Assembly (NCBI GenBank): GCA_036339465.1
Contig: JAYZAY010000051.1
Location: forward strand, 1 to 30,929
DNA from: Myxococcota bacterium
GTDB lineage: Bacteria; Myxococcota; XYA12-FULL-58-9; JABJBS01
Reading direction: 5' to 3'
DNA: 30,929 nucleotides
The number at the start of each line of letters is the position of its first letter. The first letter of the stretch is position 1. The position numbers and the translations under genes are program-made. The notes under the pieces are model-generated. The model worked only from the letters and a program-made list of their open reading frames with translations. It made no database searches and was not told the origin of the DNA. Of this stretch, positions 18,532 to 27,472 are shown piece by piece.

Positions 18532-19125
18532 ATGAGTGATTTTGACGTCTTTATTACCGGCGATAAAGTAAATTTAGTGGCTTTGAATGAGAAAGTGATT
18601 CTGAGCACGCCTTGGTATCAGTGGTTCAACGATGAGCGTGTGACCGAGTCGATGCAAAAGCATTATTTCCCCAACTCTAAGGCGGAGCAACTGGAATTCT
18701 ACGAGCGCCATATCAAGGGGAATAAGCACAAACTTCAATTGGGAATTGTAACCAAAAATGATGGTTCCATGGTGGGAATCATTTCCCTAGATGCCATCAA
18801 CTACATCAATTCCAGCGCCGCCGTCGCGATTTGTATTGGTGAAGAAATCCCCAGTCGCTTGAAGATTTTTGTGGAAGCGAATTACCTCATTATGAAACAT
18901 GGTTTTGAGAGTTTGAATTTGTTTCGTATTTCGGGAGGCACTTTTAATCGGCAGATCTTTGATTTGAATTGCAAAATGTTGGGTTTTGTCGATGAAGGGA
19001 TCAGTCGCAAGGCGGTTTTCAAAGGCGGATCCTACCACGACGTATACCGCTTTGGTCTTTTAAGGGATGAGTTTCAAGGTGGCCTGAAGCTTCAAATGGA
19101 AAAACGCCAACAACCCCTAGGTTGA
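18532..19125 (+). CDS. GNAT (RimJ/RimL, PseH-like) N-acyltransferase
   Basis: WYQWFND..VT, VGIISL..I, HGFESLNLFRI, LGFVDEG..RKAVFKGGSYHDV.RFGLL. Confidence 0.8.
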   Translation: MSDFDVFITGDKVNLVALNEKVILSTPWYQWFNDERVTESMQKHYFPNSKAEQLEFYERHIKGNKHKLQLGIVTKNDGSMVGIISLDAINYINSSAAVAICIGEEIPSRLKIFVEANYLIMKHGFESLNLFRISGGTFNRQIFDLNCKMLGFVDEGISRKAVFKGGSYHDVYRFGLLRDEFQGGLKLQMEKRQQPLG

Positions 19126-19130
19126 TGATG

Positions 19131-19550
19131 CTATTCTTTTGGCAGTTCTAAGATTTCCACCAATCCCACCTGAGCATTCCAGAGAAAGACAATTCGATTT
19201 TCGAACACCGGGGAGAAGGTAATGGGGGTGACTGGCATCCATTTGTCGTTTCGTAGGAAATCGAAGGCTTGTTCCAAAATAGGTACGCCATAACACGTGT
19301 GATAGGGGCCCACCTTGAGTTTTTCCTGCCAGGCCCAAGCCGGAGAGGAGTTGTCGATGGGGGTGACCAATTCTACCAAAGGACCTGAGTGGTGTTTGAG
19401 TATTTCCACCCAGACCTTCTGGGCCTTATCCTCGATGGCCCTTCCCCGTTGGTAACCTAGATGGTGGTAATGTTGGGCGGTTTTCTCTGGCTCAGGCGTG
19501 ATAATGCCTATGTGGTGAAAGGAGAAGTTGGGTGTTTCTTGCGCAGTCAT
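19131..19550 (-). CDS. VOC-family protein, methylmalonyl-CoA epimerase-like
   Basis: FHHIGI, DKAQKV, VELVTP, PYHTCY, LVEILE: His/Gln/Glu/His/Glu pattern. Confidence 0.8.
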   Translation of the reverse strand: MTAQETPNFSFHHIGIITPEPEKTAQHYHHLGYQRGRAIEDKAQKVWVEILKHHSGPLVELVTPIDNSSPAWAWQEKLKVGPYHTCYGVPILEQAFDFLRNDKWMPVTPITFSPVFENRIVFLWNAQVGLVEILELPKE

Positions 19551-19756
19551 CTCTTTGAACCATGATTTCTATCGAAGTTAAAAAGAGTACGCAAGTTCTG
19601 GTTATAGTGAGATTTATTCCGCGAGAGCCGAACTTGCGCAGGGTCGCTATTTATGATTTTTGTGATCGGAGACTTCTCCTTGGACTGGGTATTAGACTCG
19701 GGGTTCCAGGTTTCGCTGAGTATTGTCATCAACCAAGTCTCGGGGGGATTAGGAAA

Positions 19757-20002
19757 GTGTTGGAAAAACGAGTACGAGAGCTTTTCTGCAAAACCCTGAA
19801 ACTAGATTCTGAGCATTTTGATCCGGATCTTGGTGCGGGCGATATTCCGCAGTGGGACTCTTTAGCCCATGTGGCGCTCTTGCAGGCAGTTGAGCAAGAC
19901 TTTGGGATCATCTTCGACCTCGGGGACGCCATTGATATTGAGACCATTGGCGACCTCTTGAGCGCCGTTAAGCGCTATACGTCTTTGGCTAGTGGTGACT
20001 AG
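19757..20002 (+). CDS. Acyl carrier protein (WbeK-like)
   Basis: IPQWDSLAHVALLQAVEQDFGIIF...TIGDL phosphopantetheine motif. Start at GTG 19757 or TTG 19760 after GGGGGATTAGGA; the longer 19562 start is unlikely. Confidence 0.88.
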   Translation: MLEKRVRELFCKTLKLDSEHFDPDLGAGDIPQWDSLAHVALLQAVEQDFGIIFDLGDAIDIETIGDLLSAVKRYTSLASGD

Positions 20003-21577
20003 ATGAATCTGGTCGAAGAGTTTTTACTGAAAAGTGCCGAGAAGACCCCCGATAAATTGGCTTTCGGAGATCCCAAAACCGCTCTAACCTATGAAGAACT
20101 AACCTCGCGGGTTATGGGATTCGCCTTTGCCCTCTCACATCAGCACCAAGTTGATGAAGAGCGTATCCTCATTCTCTTACCCAACAGTGTGGATTTTATG
20201 GTGTGCCATTTAGGTGTCATCGCATCGGGAAATATTAGCGTGCCCTGCGATTGCGCCATTGGTTTTCAATCGCTAGAGCAAATTCTTGCGTGCGCTTCGC
20301 CGAAGGTACTTATCACCACCCGAGTGGTCCATGAGCGGTTGCACACCGTCCTAACCGCATCCAGTATCAAGAGTGTTCTTTTTGTGGATGGGCTCCCCGA
20401 GAGAAACCTCTCATATTCGCGCGGTGTCTTTATCCTTAACGAAATCCTAGAACCCTCTTTGAGTGCCTCCCTAATCCGAAAGTCGAATCTACCTGCTTCG
20501 ATCATGTATACCACGGGTTCTACCGCCCTTGCCAAGGGGGTCGTTTTGACCCATGAAAACATTTTTGCGGCCATTAGCGAGATATGCGAATTTGTGGGCT
20601 ATACGCCAAATGATAAGGAGGTCGTGGTTTTGCCCCTTTCCCATAGTTTCGGGTTGGGACATGTGTACTCCAATTTCTATAAACAAGGCTTTGTTTATAC
20701 GGAAAATGGTTTAACCCGCATCAAGCGGGTGCTCAATAAAATAGAATCTTTGGGAGCGACGGGCTTTCCGGGGACTCCTTTGGGATTTTCTATCCTCATG
20801 GACCGCTATGGTGATTTGTTTGCCGAAAAGGCTCGCTCTCTTCGGTTTTCAGTGATCAATTCGGCGCCCTTGCCACCGGCGCAGACCGCGGCGCTTCAAA
20901 AACTTTTACCCAATTTGAATATTTTTGTTTATTATGGGCTCACCGAGGCCTCTCGCTCCACCTTCATTTCTTTGACCCATCATGGCCCAGATTACTACGC
21001 ATCCGTGGGCAAGCCCATGAACAATGTGCATTTGGAGATTGTGAATGAAGAAGGCGAACCTGCGGATCCTCATGAAGTGGGGGAGGTTATGATTTCATCT
21101 CCCAGAGTCGCCAGTCATTATTGGGAAAACGAAGCAGAATCCCAAGCCAGTTTTAAGCAAGGCACCCTGAGGACCGGTGATTTAGCATTCCAAGATCCCG
21201 ACGGCTTTGTCTTTTTGGTCGGTCGAAAGAAAGACGTGATCAATATCGGGGGGTTGAAGGTGAATCCCAAAGAGGTGGAAGAGGTCGTTAGGAGTCTTGA
21301 TTACGTGCGCGACGTGGCGGTTTTGGGGCTTGAGGGCTATGGGAATTACGGAGAAGCATCGGTGATTGCGGCCATTTGCATGAAAGATGGTCGGGAGGTC
21401 TCCGATGAAACCCTCAACACTCGGTGCCAAGAAAAGCTCGAAAACTACAAGGTTCCCCATCGCTTTGTTAAACTAACCCAAATCCCGAAATCGGAGACCG
21501 GCAAGGTGAAACGAAAGGAATTGGCAACCATACTTCATGAGAAACTGGCGTCGGCCGATTTGGTCGATCATGGGTAA
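20003..21577 (+). CDS. AMP-forming acyl-CoA/acyl-ACP ligase (WbeL-like)
   Basis: YTTGSTALAKG, LPLSHSFG, YGLTE, RTGD, GRKKDVINIGG, PKSETGK. Confidence 0.9.
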   Translation: MNLVEEFLLKSAEKTPDKLAFGDPKTALTYEELTSRVMGFAFALSHQHQVDEERILILLPNSVDFMVCHLGVIASGNISVPCDCAIGFQSLEQILACASPKVLITTRVVHERLHTVLTASSIKSVLFVDGLPERNLSYSRGVFILNEILEPSLSASLIRKSNLPASIMYTTGSTALAKGVVLTHENIFAAISEICEFVGYTPNDKEVVVLPLSHSFGLGHVYSNFYKQGFVYTENGLTRIKRVLNKIESLGATGFPGTPLGFSILMDRYGDLFAEKARSLRFSVINSAPLPPAQTAALQKLLPNLNIFVYYGLTEASRSTFISLTHHGPDYYASVGKPMNNVHLEIVNEEGEPADPHEVGEVMISSPRVASHYWENEAESQASFKQGTLRTGDLAFQDPDGFVFLVGRKKDVINIGGLKVNPKEVEEVVRSLDYVRDVAVLGLEGYGNYGEASVIAAICMKDGREVSDETLNTRCQEKLENYKVPHRFVKLTQIPKSETGKVKRKELATILHEKLASADLVDHG

Positions 21578-22724
21578 ATTGCGCATTTCCATTCCCGTAC
21601 CTCGGTTTCTGAGCGCAGGAGAAGTTTTTGCGTCGGCGGGTAGTTTGGGGGTTTTACGGGCCTTAAATGCGGCGAAGGCCGCCGTGCTACTTTCCGGTTC
21701 CATTGCTCGAAACGATGAAATCATGGCGCATATCAGGAAATCCGTGGGGGCTTTGGCGGTGGCGTACTTTGTGGTGCCTGCGGGCGAGCCGCGCCTCGAA
21801 AATTTGAGCGAGCTACAAAGGGAGGTGAACGCCTTTCGTCCCGATTGGTTGGTGGCCATTGGGGGTGGTTCGGTTATCGATAGTGCTAAGCTTATTTGGA
21901 TTCATTATGAACATCCCGACCTCGAGCTGGAGAGATTGGTAAGGCCTTTTGGGATCCCTCCCTTAAGGGGTAAGGCCTCTTTGGTGGCTGTGCCGACGAC
22001 TTCCGGCACGGGCACGGAAGTGAGTTCGTCGGCCCTTTTTCTGAGCCATGGCACTTCGGAAAAGCAGGTGGCTGTATCCCACGATCTCTTGCCCGATGTG
22101 GTGATCCTCGATCCCAAACTAACCATTGGGGTGCCTAAGAAAGTCATGGCCTATTGTGGTATGGACGCCTTAGCCCATGCCCTTGAGGGATATATCTCCC
22201 GCAATGACAATATCCTGGTGGACCAGCAGGCAGAGAGTGTCGTTCGGACCCTCTTTTCTTCTCTTGAAGGAGCTCGCGAACAACCAACAAACCTGGAGTT
22301 GCGTTTGACTATCATGTCTGCAGCTTTGACCGCCGGATGGGTGCAGAACTTGAAGTTGCCGGGAATAGGCCACGCCATTGCCCATCAGCTCGCAGATGTG
22401 GGTGTGCCACACGGCTTGGCTGTAGGCAGGCTTCTTGTTCCCAGTCTTCAATTCAATCTAAACTCGGAAAAAGTGAACCGAAAAATCGAAGCGTTACTTT
22501 CTCGTTGGGATGGTGGAACTCCGGCGTCTCTTCTAGAACGGTTGGAAGGCCTGGCGACTCGGCTTGGAATTTACGACGATTTTCAAACCTTTGCTCCACG
22601 ACTTTCCCAAAACGATATTTGTAAGCGTATCGTGACCGGAGCTCAGAGAGATATCTGCTTTAAGGCGAACCCCCGAGACGCTCAAGTGAGTGATCTTGAG
22701 GGTTTATTGGCCGAGGTTTCGTAG
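21570..22724 (+). CDS. Iron-containing alcohol dehydrogenase (WbeM-like)
   Basis: GEP, AIGGGSVIDSAK, VPTTSGTGTE, DALAHALE, GHAIAH, PHG. ATG 21570 overlaps the ligase stop. Confidence 0.9.
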   Translation: MGKLRISIPVPRFLSAGEVFASAGSLGVLRALNAAKAAVLLSGSIARNDEIMAHIRKSVGALAVAYFVVPAGEPRLENLSELQREVNAFRPDWLVAIGGGSVIDSAKLIWIHYEHPDLELERLVRPFGIPPLRGKASLVAVPTTSGTGTEVSSSALFLSHGTSEKQVAVSHDLLPDVVILDPKLTIGVPKKVMAYCGMDALAHALEGYISRNDNILVDQQAESVVRTLFSSLEGAREQPTNLELRLTIMSAALTAGWVQNLKLPGIGHAIAHQLADVGVPHGLAVGRLLVPSLQFNLNSEKVNRKIEALLSRWDGGTPASLLERLEGLATRLGIYDDFQTFAPRLSQNDICKRIVTGAQRDICFKANPRDAQVSDLEGLLAEVS

Positions 22725-22734
22725 GGAGTTAGCG

Positions 22735-25272
22735 ATGGGTGGCGCACAGGAAAATAAGATAGACGCGCTGCTGGCGATGGACCCCTATGGCGTTGAGCCA
22801 GAGGTTAAGAACGCAAAGTTGCTGGAGGCAATGGCCGAAGCCCATCGTTGGCATTTTGAGAATTGTCTGGCCTATCGTCGTTTTTCAGAGAAGCGAGATT
22901 ATGCAGCCGACCATGTATTTGGTTGCCTTAAAGATTTTCCTTTTATGCCAGTTCAGGCCTTTAAGTTCTTTCCAGACGCGCTTACTTCTGTGGCGGGAGA
23001 GGATATTAAAGTTCGATTACAATCTTCAGCGACCAGCAACGTTCCGAGTACGATTCATGTGGATAAAATCACGGCGAAACGCCAGGTCAGGGCTCTAGCG
23101 GCGGTGATTGGTGCGACCTTGGGTTCTAAACGACGGCCCTTTGTGGTGATGGATGCGGACCCTCGACAAGCTAAAGCGGGGGCTTTGGGAGCGCGGTCGG
23201 CTGCGGTGAGGGGGTTTCTCAATCTCGCTTCAAAGGTTGAGTATGTGATGAAGGTTCACAAATCAGGAGGGCTTGTACTGGATGAACAAGCCTTTTGTGC
23301 CAGTCTGGATAAGCTTTCAAAAGTGGAGCCCACAGAAGGTGAACCCATGGTTTTATTTGGCTTCACCTACGTCCTTTATCACGAGGCAGCGTTGCCTTTG
23401 ATGGAAAAGAAGTGTTCTTTTTCTTTACCCGCGGGGAGCAAAATCGTCCATATTGGTGGATGGAAAAAACTCGAAGACCGAAAGGTTAGTAAGGAGAAGT
23501 TCTGCCGGGATTTGTCGTCGCTTTTTGGGCTTGAGGATTCCGATATTGTGGATTTCTATGGTTTCACAGAGCAGATGGGAATTACCTATCCCGATGTTTC
23601 TCTCGGGGTCAAATGTGCTCCCGCGTTCTCCGATGTGATTGTGCGCGACCCTAAAACCCACGAAGTGGTGCCAGACGGCGAGACCGGTCTTTTGCAGTTT
23701 CTAACGCCATTGCCCCATTCATATGCGGGTATTTCCATCCTTACTGACGATCTTGGTCGGATTTTGCCGGCGGATGGTGGCAGTGCCTGGCATGGAAGGC
23801 GTTTCGAAGTTCTGGGAAGAGCCAAAGCTGCGGAGATCCGTGGCTGTGGTGATATGATGGCCGAAAAAGTGGTGTCAAATCGGATGGGAGATCCCGAAGA
23901 CTTAGCTTCATTGCCCCAGGCCGCAAGGCTTCTTTTCGCACATGGAAAATCCCATGTAATTGAAGGATCGGGAGAGGAGAGCAGCATCCTTGAGGCTCCC
24001 GTGATTGAGGATATCCATGCCCTGATGGATTCTCTCATCGCTTCCCAAGAAGTTTTAAGGACCTACTCGGTCGACGAGATCATTACCTTGATCTCTTCGG
24101 TGAGCGACCGCTGGTTGGACGAAGATTCCCCACTGGCTCCATTCAAATATCAGGGGCTATCGTTTTTGAAAAGCTGGTGCCAGTCGGCGAACCTTAGGCG
24201 TTTGGCCGATGAGGCTCTCCGCGGCCACCGCGGTTATTTAGACGGATTCCGTCCCACCCACGGTTCCAACCGGCGCCTACTTCGCGCTGTGGAGAAGGGT
24301 TTGGTGGCCCATTGGCTGGCCGGAAATGTTCCCCTTTTGGGAATGTTAACCCTCGTTCAATCTGTTCTCTGTCGGAATGCGAATATTTTGAAGACCGCCA
24401 GTTCATTTTCGGGTGTTTTACCACTCCTATTGGAGACCTTTGTGGATGTGGAGATAGAAAAGAATGGGCGGGTCTTACGGGGCAACGATATCCTCAATAG
24501 TTTAGGGGTGGTCTATTTTCCTTCCGGCGATATTGCCACCGCCCACGCCATCTCTGGTCGGGCTGATGTTCGATTGGCGTGGGGAGGTCGGGAAGCGGTG
24601 GAAGCGATCACCGGTTTACCCAAGAAATACGATGCGGAAGATATTGTTTTTGGACCGAAGCTATCTTGCATGGTCATTGGCCGGGAACTTCTAGGAAGTG
24701 ACGAGGACATCAAGCGGGCGGCTCGCCGGACGGCGACGGATGTATCCACCTTTGACCAATATGCGTGTGCGTCTCCACACACAATCTTTGTGGAAATGGG
24801 TTCTGTACACGGCACTCCAAAGCATTTTGGAGAGATCTTGGGTTTGGAAATGGAAAAGGCTTTGAAGAGAATTCCCAAAGGTCTGGTGGATGCAGCCACG
24901 TCTGCCAATATTTTGAGTAAGCGCCTTCACTATGACTTTTTTGGCGAATATTGGGCTTCTTTGGGCACTGAATGGACGATTTTGTATGAGCCTGAAAAAA
25001 TCGAACTTGCAACCCCCACCTATTCTCGGGTTGTGACCATAGTACCAGTGGAAGATGTTCAAGAAGTTATCCCACTCTTGGATTCAAGTATCCAATCGGT
25101 GGGATTGGGGTTGAAGGATTCAAGAAAACTAGAGTTTGCAGAAATGGCCATTGGCCGCGGAGTGGAGAGACTTCCCGATCTGGGACGCATGACTCACTTT
25201 GATAGTCCTTGGGACGGTATGTACGTGATGGAACGTATGGTGCGCTGGGTGTCAGCGGGCGGCCCTATGTAG
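22735..25272 (+). CDS. LuxE (acyl-protein synthetase)-LuxC (acyl reductase) fusion (WbeN-like)
   Basis: LuxE part: FMPVQAFK, SSATS, FGFTY, HIGGWKK, DFYGFTEQ, ILTDDLG, GRAKAAEIRGC. LuxC part: HWLAGNVP, AWGG, FGPK, FDQYACASPH. RBS GGGAG before ATG 22735. Confidence 0.88.
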   Translation: MGGAQENKIDALLAMDPYGVEPEVKNAKLLEAMAEAHRWHFENCLAYRRFSEKRDYAADHVFGCLKDFPFMPVQAFKFFPDALTSVAGEDIKVRLQSSATSNVPSTIHVDKITAKRQVRALAAVIGATLGSKRRPFVVMDADPRQAKAGALGARSAAVRGFLNLASKVEYVMKVHKSGGLVLDEQAFCASLDKLSKVEPTEGEPMVLFGFTYVLYHEAALPLMEKKCSFSLPAGSKIVHIGGWKKLEDRKVSKEKFCRDLSSLFGLEDSDIVDFYGFTEQMGITYPDVSLGVKCAPAFSDVIVRDPKTHEVVPDGETGLLQFLTPLPHSYAGISILTDDLGRILPADGGSAWHGRRFEVLGRAKAAEIRGCGDMMAEKVVSNRMGDPEDLASLPQAARLLFAHGKSHVIEGSGEESSILEAPVIEDIHALMDSLIASQEVLRTYSVDEIITLISSVSDRWLDEDSPLAPFKYQGLSFLKSWCQSANLRRLADEALRGHRGYLDGFRPTHGSNRRLLRAVEKGLVAHWLAGNVPLLGMLTLVQSVLCRNANILKTASSFSGVLPLLLETFVDVEIEKNGRVLRGNDILNSLGVVYFPSGDIATAHAISGRADVRLAWGGREAVEAITGLPKKYDAEDIVFGPKLSCMVIGRELLGSDEDIKRAARRTATDVSTFDQYACASPHTIFVEMGSVHGTPKHFGEILGLEMEKALKRIPKGLVDAATSANILSKRLHYDFFGEYWASLGTEWTILYEPEKIELATPTYSRVVTIVPVEDVQEVIPLLDSSIQSVGLGLKDSRKLEFAEMAIGRGVERLPDLGRMTHFDSPWDGMYVMERMVRWVSAGGPM

Positions 25273-25325
25273 ATTCTCCAAGAAGAATTTTTGTAGGGGC
25301 AAAAAATCAAGACCCTAATATTTCT

Positions 25326-26606
25326 CTAACGATGTGTGGGTACAGGCCTGGGGGTTTGGTCCACCCATCCTCGCCCTAGGAGTTGGTATCCATCTTCTAT
25401 GGGATTTGGATCACGAGGAGGATTGTTTTGAAAATCGCAGCTAGAAATGTTGTCTAAGCGTGCGCTGCCCACTCCCGGGTCGTTGCGGTGATTTACGACC
25501 GAGTCTTTTAGCATCCAGGCTCCATTGGAGAGCCGGTCCCAAATTTTAGATGAGCGCATGTTTTCGAAATTGCTCCAGAAGTCACCTTCATTCATTTCTA
25601 ACCAATTCAGGAATATCTGTAGATCACGGGGCTGAATAGGTTCGTAGCGATGGACCAAATCGATGCCTTCTTCCCGTGTGATCCGGCGCAGACGAATTTC
25701 TCGGCTTACATGGTCACTGATCTTACCATAACCGTGTTTGATGAATTTGGTATAGTCATGGATACCCGAATAATGGAAACAGTCCACATCGTTGTAGGTA
25801 TCCATGGTTCGTTGCTGGAGCATGGTTTCGTAACCGTGCGCCTCGATCATGGATTCATGCTGGGCCTTGGTGTCCCAGCGAAGGTAATTGTTTAAATAGA
25901 TTCCTCGCACACCGACCGATTCGATTTCTTTATCGTGGGGATACACAAATTGTTCGACGTCTTCTCGCTGAAGAAGGGCACTTTGTTGGAGAAGGTCCTC
26001 TGCTTCGAGCCCCATTAAATCGTGGTTTTTGCGATATTTGCGGGTCATTTCCACTTCGTCGGTATGGGAGAACATGCCCACTTGGTCCACTCCTTGGTGT
26101 GCTCCCCAGATGATGAGTGGGATCCTAAAATTAACCGCTACCTGCACAGGATACACGGTTTGCCCGGCGATGCAGTGCCAATACATGCTCCCTCTTCTTT
26201 TGAGGGTTTCTCGGGTTATCTTTTTCACTCGCTGGGGGCTGACTGTGCATTGCATGAAGTCACAACCCATCTGGGTGCGAAGATATGCCATATTGCGAAT
26301 TCCCATGCGGGTGTTGTAATGCTTGTTGTAGTTGACCAAGAGGGGATGCAGGCCCAATATATTCTTTACCACATAAACGATGTAGTAGGAGTCGCGACTC
26401 CCGGTAATGGGTACGACGCAATCATGGATGCTTCGCCGAGAATTCTTGTAGGGAGCGACCATGGCCTTGAGTTTCTGAAGTCGCTCTTGCCAGGGAAGTG
26501 CGTCTTTTTCTTCGTGGATTTTGCATCCACTGCAGATCCCATCTGCATCAAAGATGATGCCAAGAGCGTGATTTTCGGGATACACACAGCGCGTGCAATA
26601 TTTCAT
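25326..26606 (-). CDS. N-acetyl sugar amidotransferase (PseA/WbpG/WbuX family), variant PP-loop
   Basis: YCTRC...GICSGC, DCVVPITGSRDS, WHC, IPLIIWG, YLNNYLRWD, KFIKHGYG, RITREEG. Confidence 0.85.
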   Translation of the reverse strand: MKYCTRCVYPENHALGIIFDADGICSGCKIHEEKDALPWQERLQKLKAMVAPYKNSRRSIHDCVVPITGSRDSYYIVYVVKNILGLHPLLVNYNKHYNTRMGIRNMAYLRTQMGCDFMQCTVSPQRVKKITRETLKRRGSMYWHCIAGQTVYPVQVAVNFRIPLIIWGAHQGVDQVGMFSHTDEVEMTRKYRKNHDLMGLEAEDLLQQSALLQREDVEQFVYPHDKEIESVGVRGIYLNNYLRWDTKAQHESMIEAHGYETMLQQRTMDTYNDVDCFHYSGIHDYTKFIKHGYGKISDHVSREIRLRRITREEGIDLVHRYEPIQPRDLQIFLNWLEMNEGDFWSNFENMRSSKIWDRLSNGAWMLKDSVVNHRNDPGVGSARLDNISSCDFQNNPPRDPNPIEDGYQLLGRGWVDQTPRPVPTHR

Positions 26607-27472
26607 ATGACTTCCTCGGGGATATAGGTGAAGCGTAGACTCGTAAGTTTTTCTTCGGGATATGAATCGAGTCTTCCACCTTGGGTGAAGCTACTTTCTG
26701 GATAGGTGGCATAGGAATCCAAGCGAATGTCTGATCCCATTTGGATTAATTCGCGTTTGGCCAAGATGACGCTATGTTCGGAAAAATGAAAGAAGTTGGC
26801 GGCAGCAACTGCCGAGGCGCCAGTATCGATCCCCTCTTTAAGGTGTCGGCTATGCCCTACGCCGCCACATGCAATGATTGGTACTGAGGCAGTTTGGCAC
26901 ACTTCTCTCAGGAGCTGGAGGTCGTATCCTTTTTTTGAACCGTCTCGGTCCACTGAATTTATGAGGATCTCGCCCGCACCCAATCTTTCGGCCTGCGCGA
27001 CGGCGGTAGGTAAATCGATTTCCGATTCTCGCTGGTCTTTGTGATTGTAAGTCGCGTATTTTCCGTCCGCCTTTTTCAGGGCATCAATGGAAACGACGAT
27101 GGCCTGGCGACCTGCGAACTTGGCTCCTTCGGCGATCACATCGGGGTCGCTGGATAATACCGAGTTTAGGATGACCTTATCTGCACCAGATTGAATCACT
27201 TTTCTCAGGGTTTCGCAGGAGCGAATACCACCACCCATAGACAGGGGAACGCGGCACTCTTGGGCGCATCTTTCAATGAGTTCAAAATCTGGATCGCGTT
27301 TTTCTCTTGTGGCATCAATGTCCAAAATAACAATTTCATCGATGCCCCAGCGATTGAGGTATTCCACTGTGATTTCGGGAGAGCCCACAGGTAAATAGCG
27401 AGAAAATCCGAGGCTTTGTACGACGTGCCCATTCTTGACCAATACCACAGCAACCACCCGGGGCTTTAACAT
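26603..27472 (-). CDS. HisF-like subunit of sugar amidination system (WbuZ/HisF2 type)
   Basis: DEIVILDID, MGGGIR, GADKV, QAIVVSID, GAGEILINSVDRDG.K.GYDL, ACGG. Lacks the HisF catalytic Asp11. Confidence 0.88.
   Translation of the reverse strand: MLKPRVVAVVLVKNGHVVQSLGFSRYLPVGSPEITVEYLNRWGIDEIVILDIDATREKRDPDFELIERCAQECRVPLSMGGGIRSCETLRKVIQSGADKVILNSVLSSDPDVIAEGAKFAGRQAIVVSIDALKKADGKYATYNHKDQRESEIDLPTAVAQAERLGAGEILINSVDRDGSKKGYDLQLLREVCQTASVPIIACGGVGHSRHLKEGIDTGASAVAAANFFHFSEHSVILAKRELIQMGSDIRLDSYATYPESSFTQGGRLDSYPEEKLTSLRFTYIPEEVI

Noticed and set aside
19562..19756. N-terminal extension of the ACP in the ORF track
   Set aside because: Covers the divergent promoter region; a good RBS precedes 19757/19760, giving a normal-sized ACP.
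22735..25272. Bioluminescence (lux) operon
   Set aside because: Only LuxE and LuxC domains; no luxA, luxB, luxD or luxG; context matches wbeKLMN.
19757..25272. NRPS/PKS secondary metabolite cluster
   Set aside because: No condensation, ketosynthase or thioesterase domains; embedded among sugar genes.
25285..25308. Hairpin between convergent luxEC and amidotransferase as a terminator
   Set aside because: Stem is almost all A/T and too weak to call.
26022..26627. 201-aa antisense ORF and the many other short overlapping ORFs
   Set aside because: Shadows of well-supported genes with no protein-like motifs.
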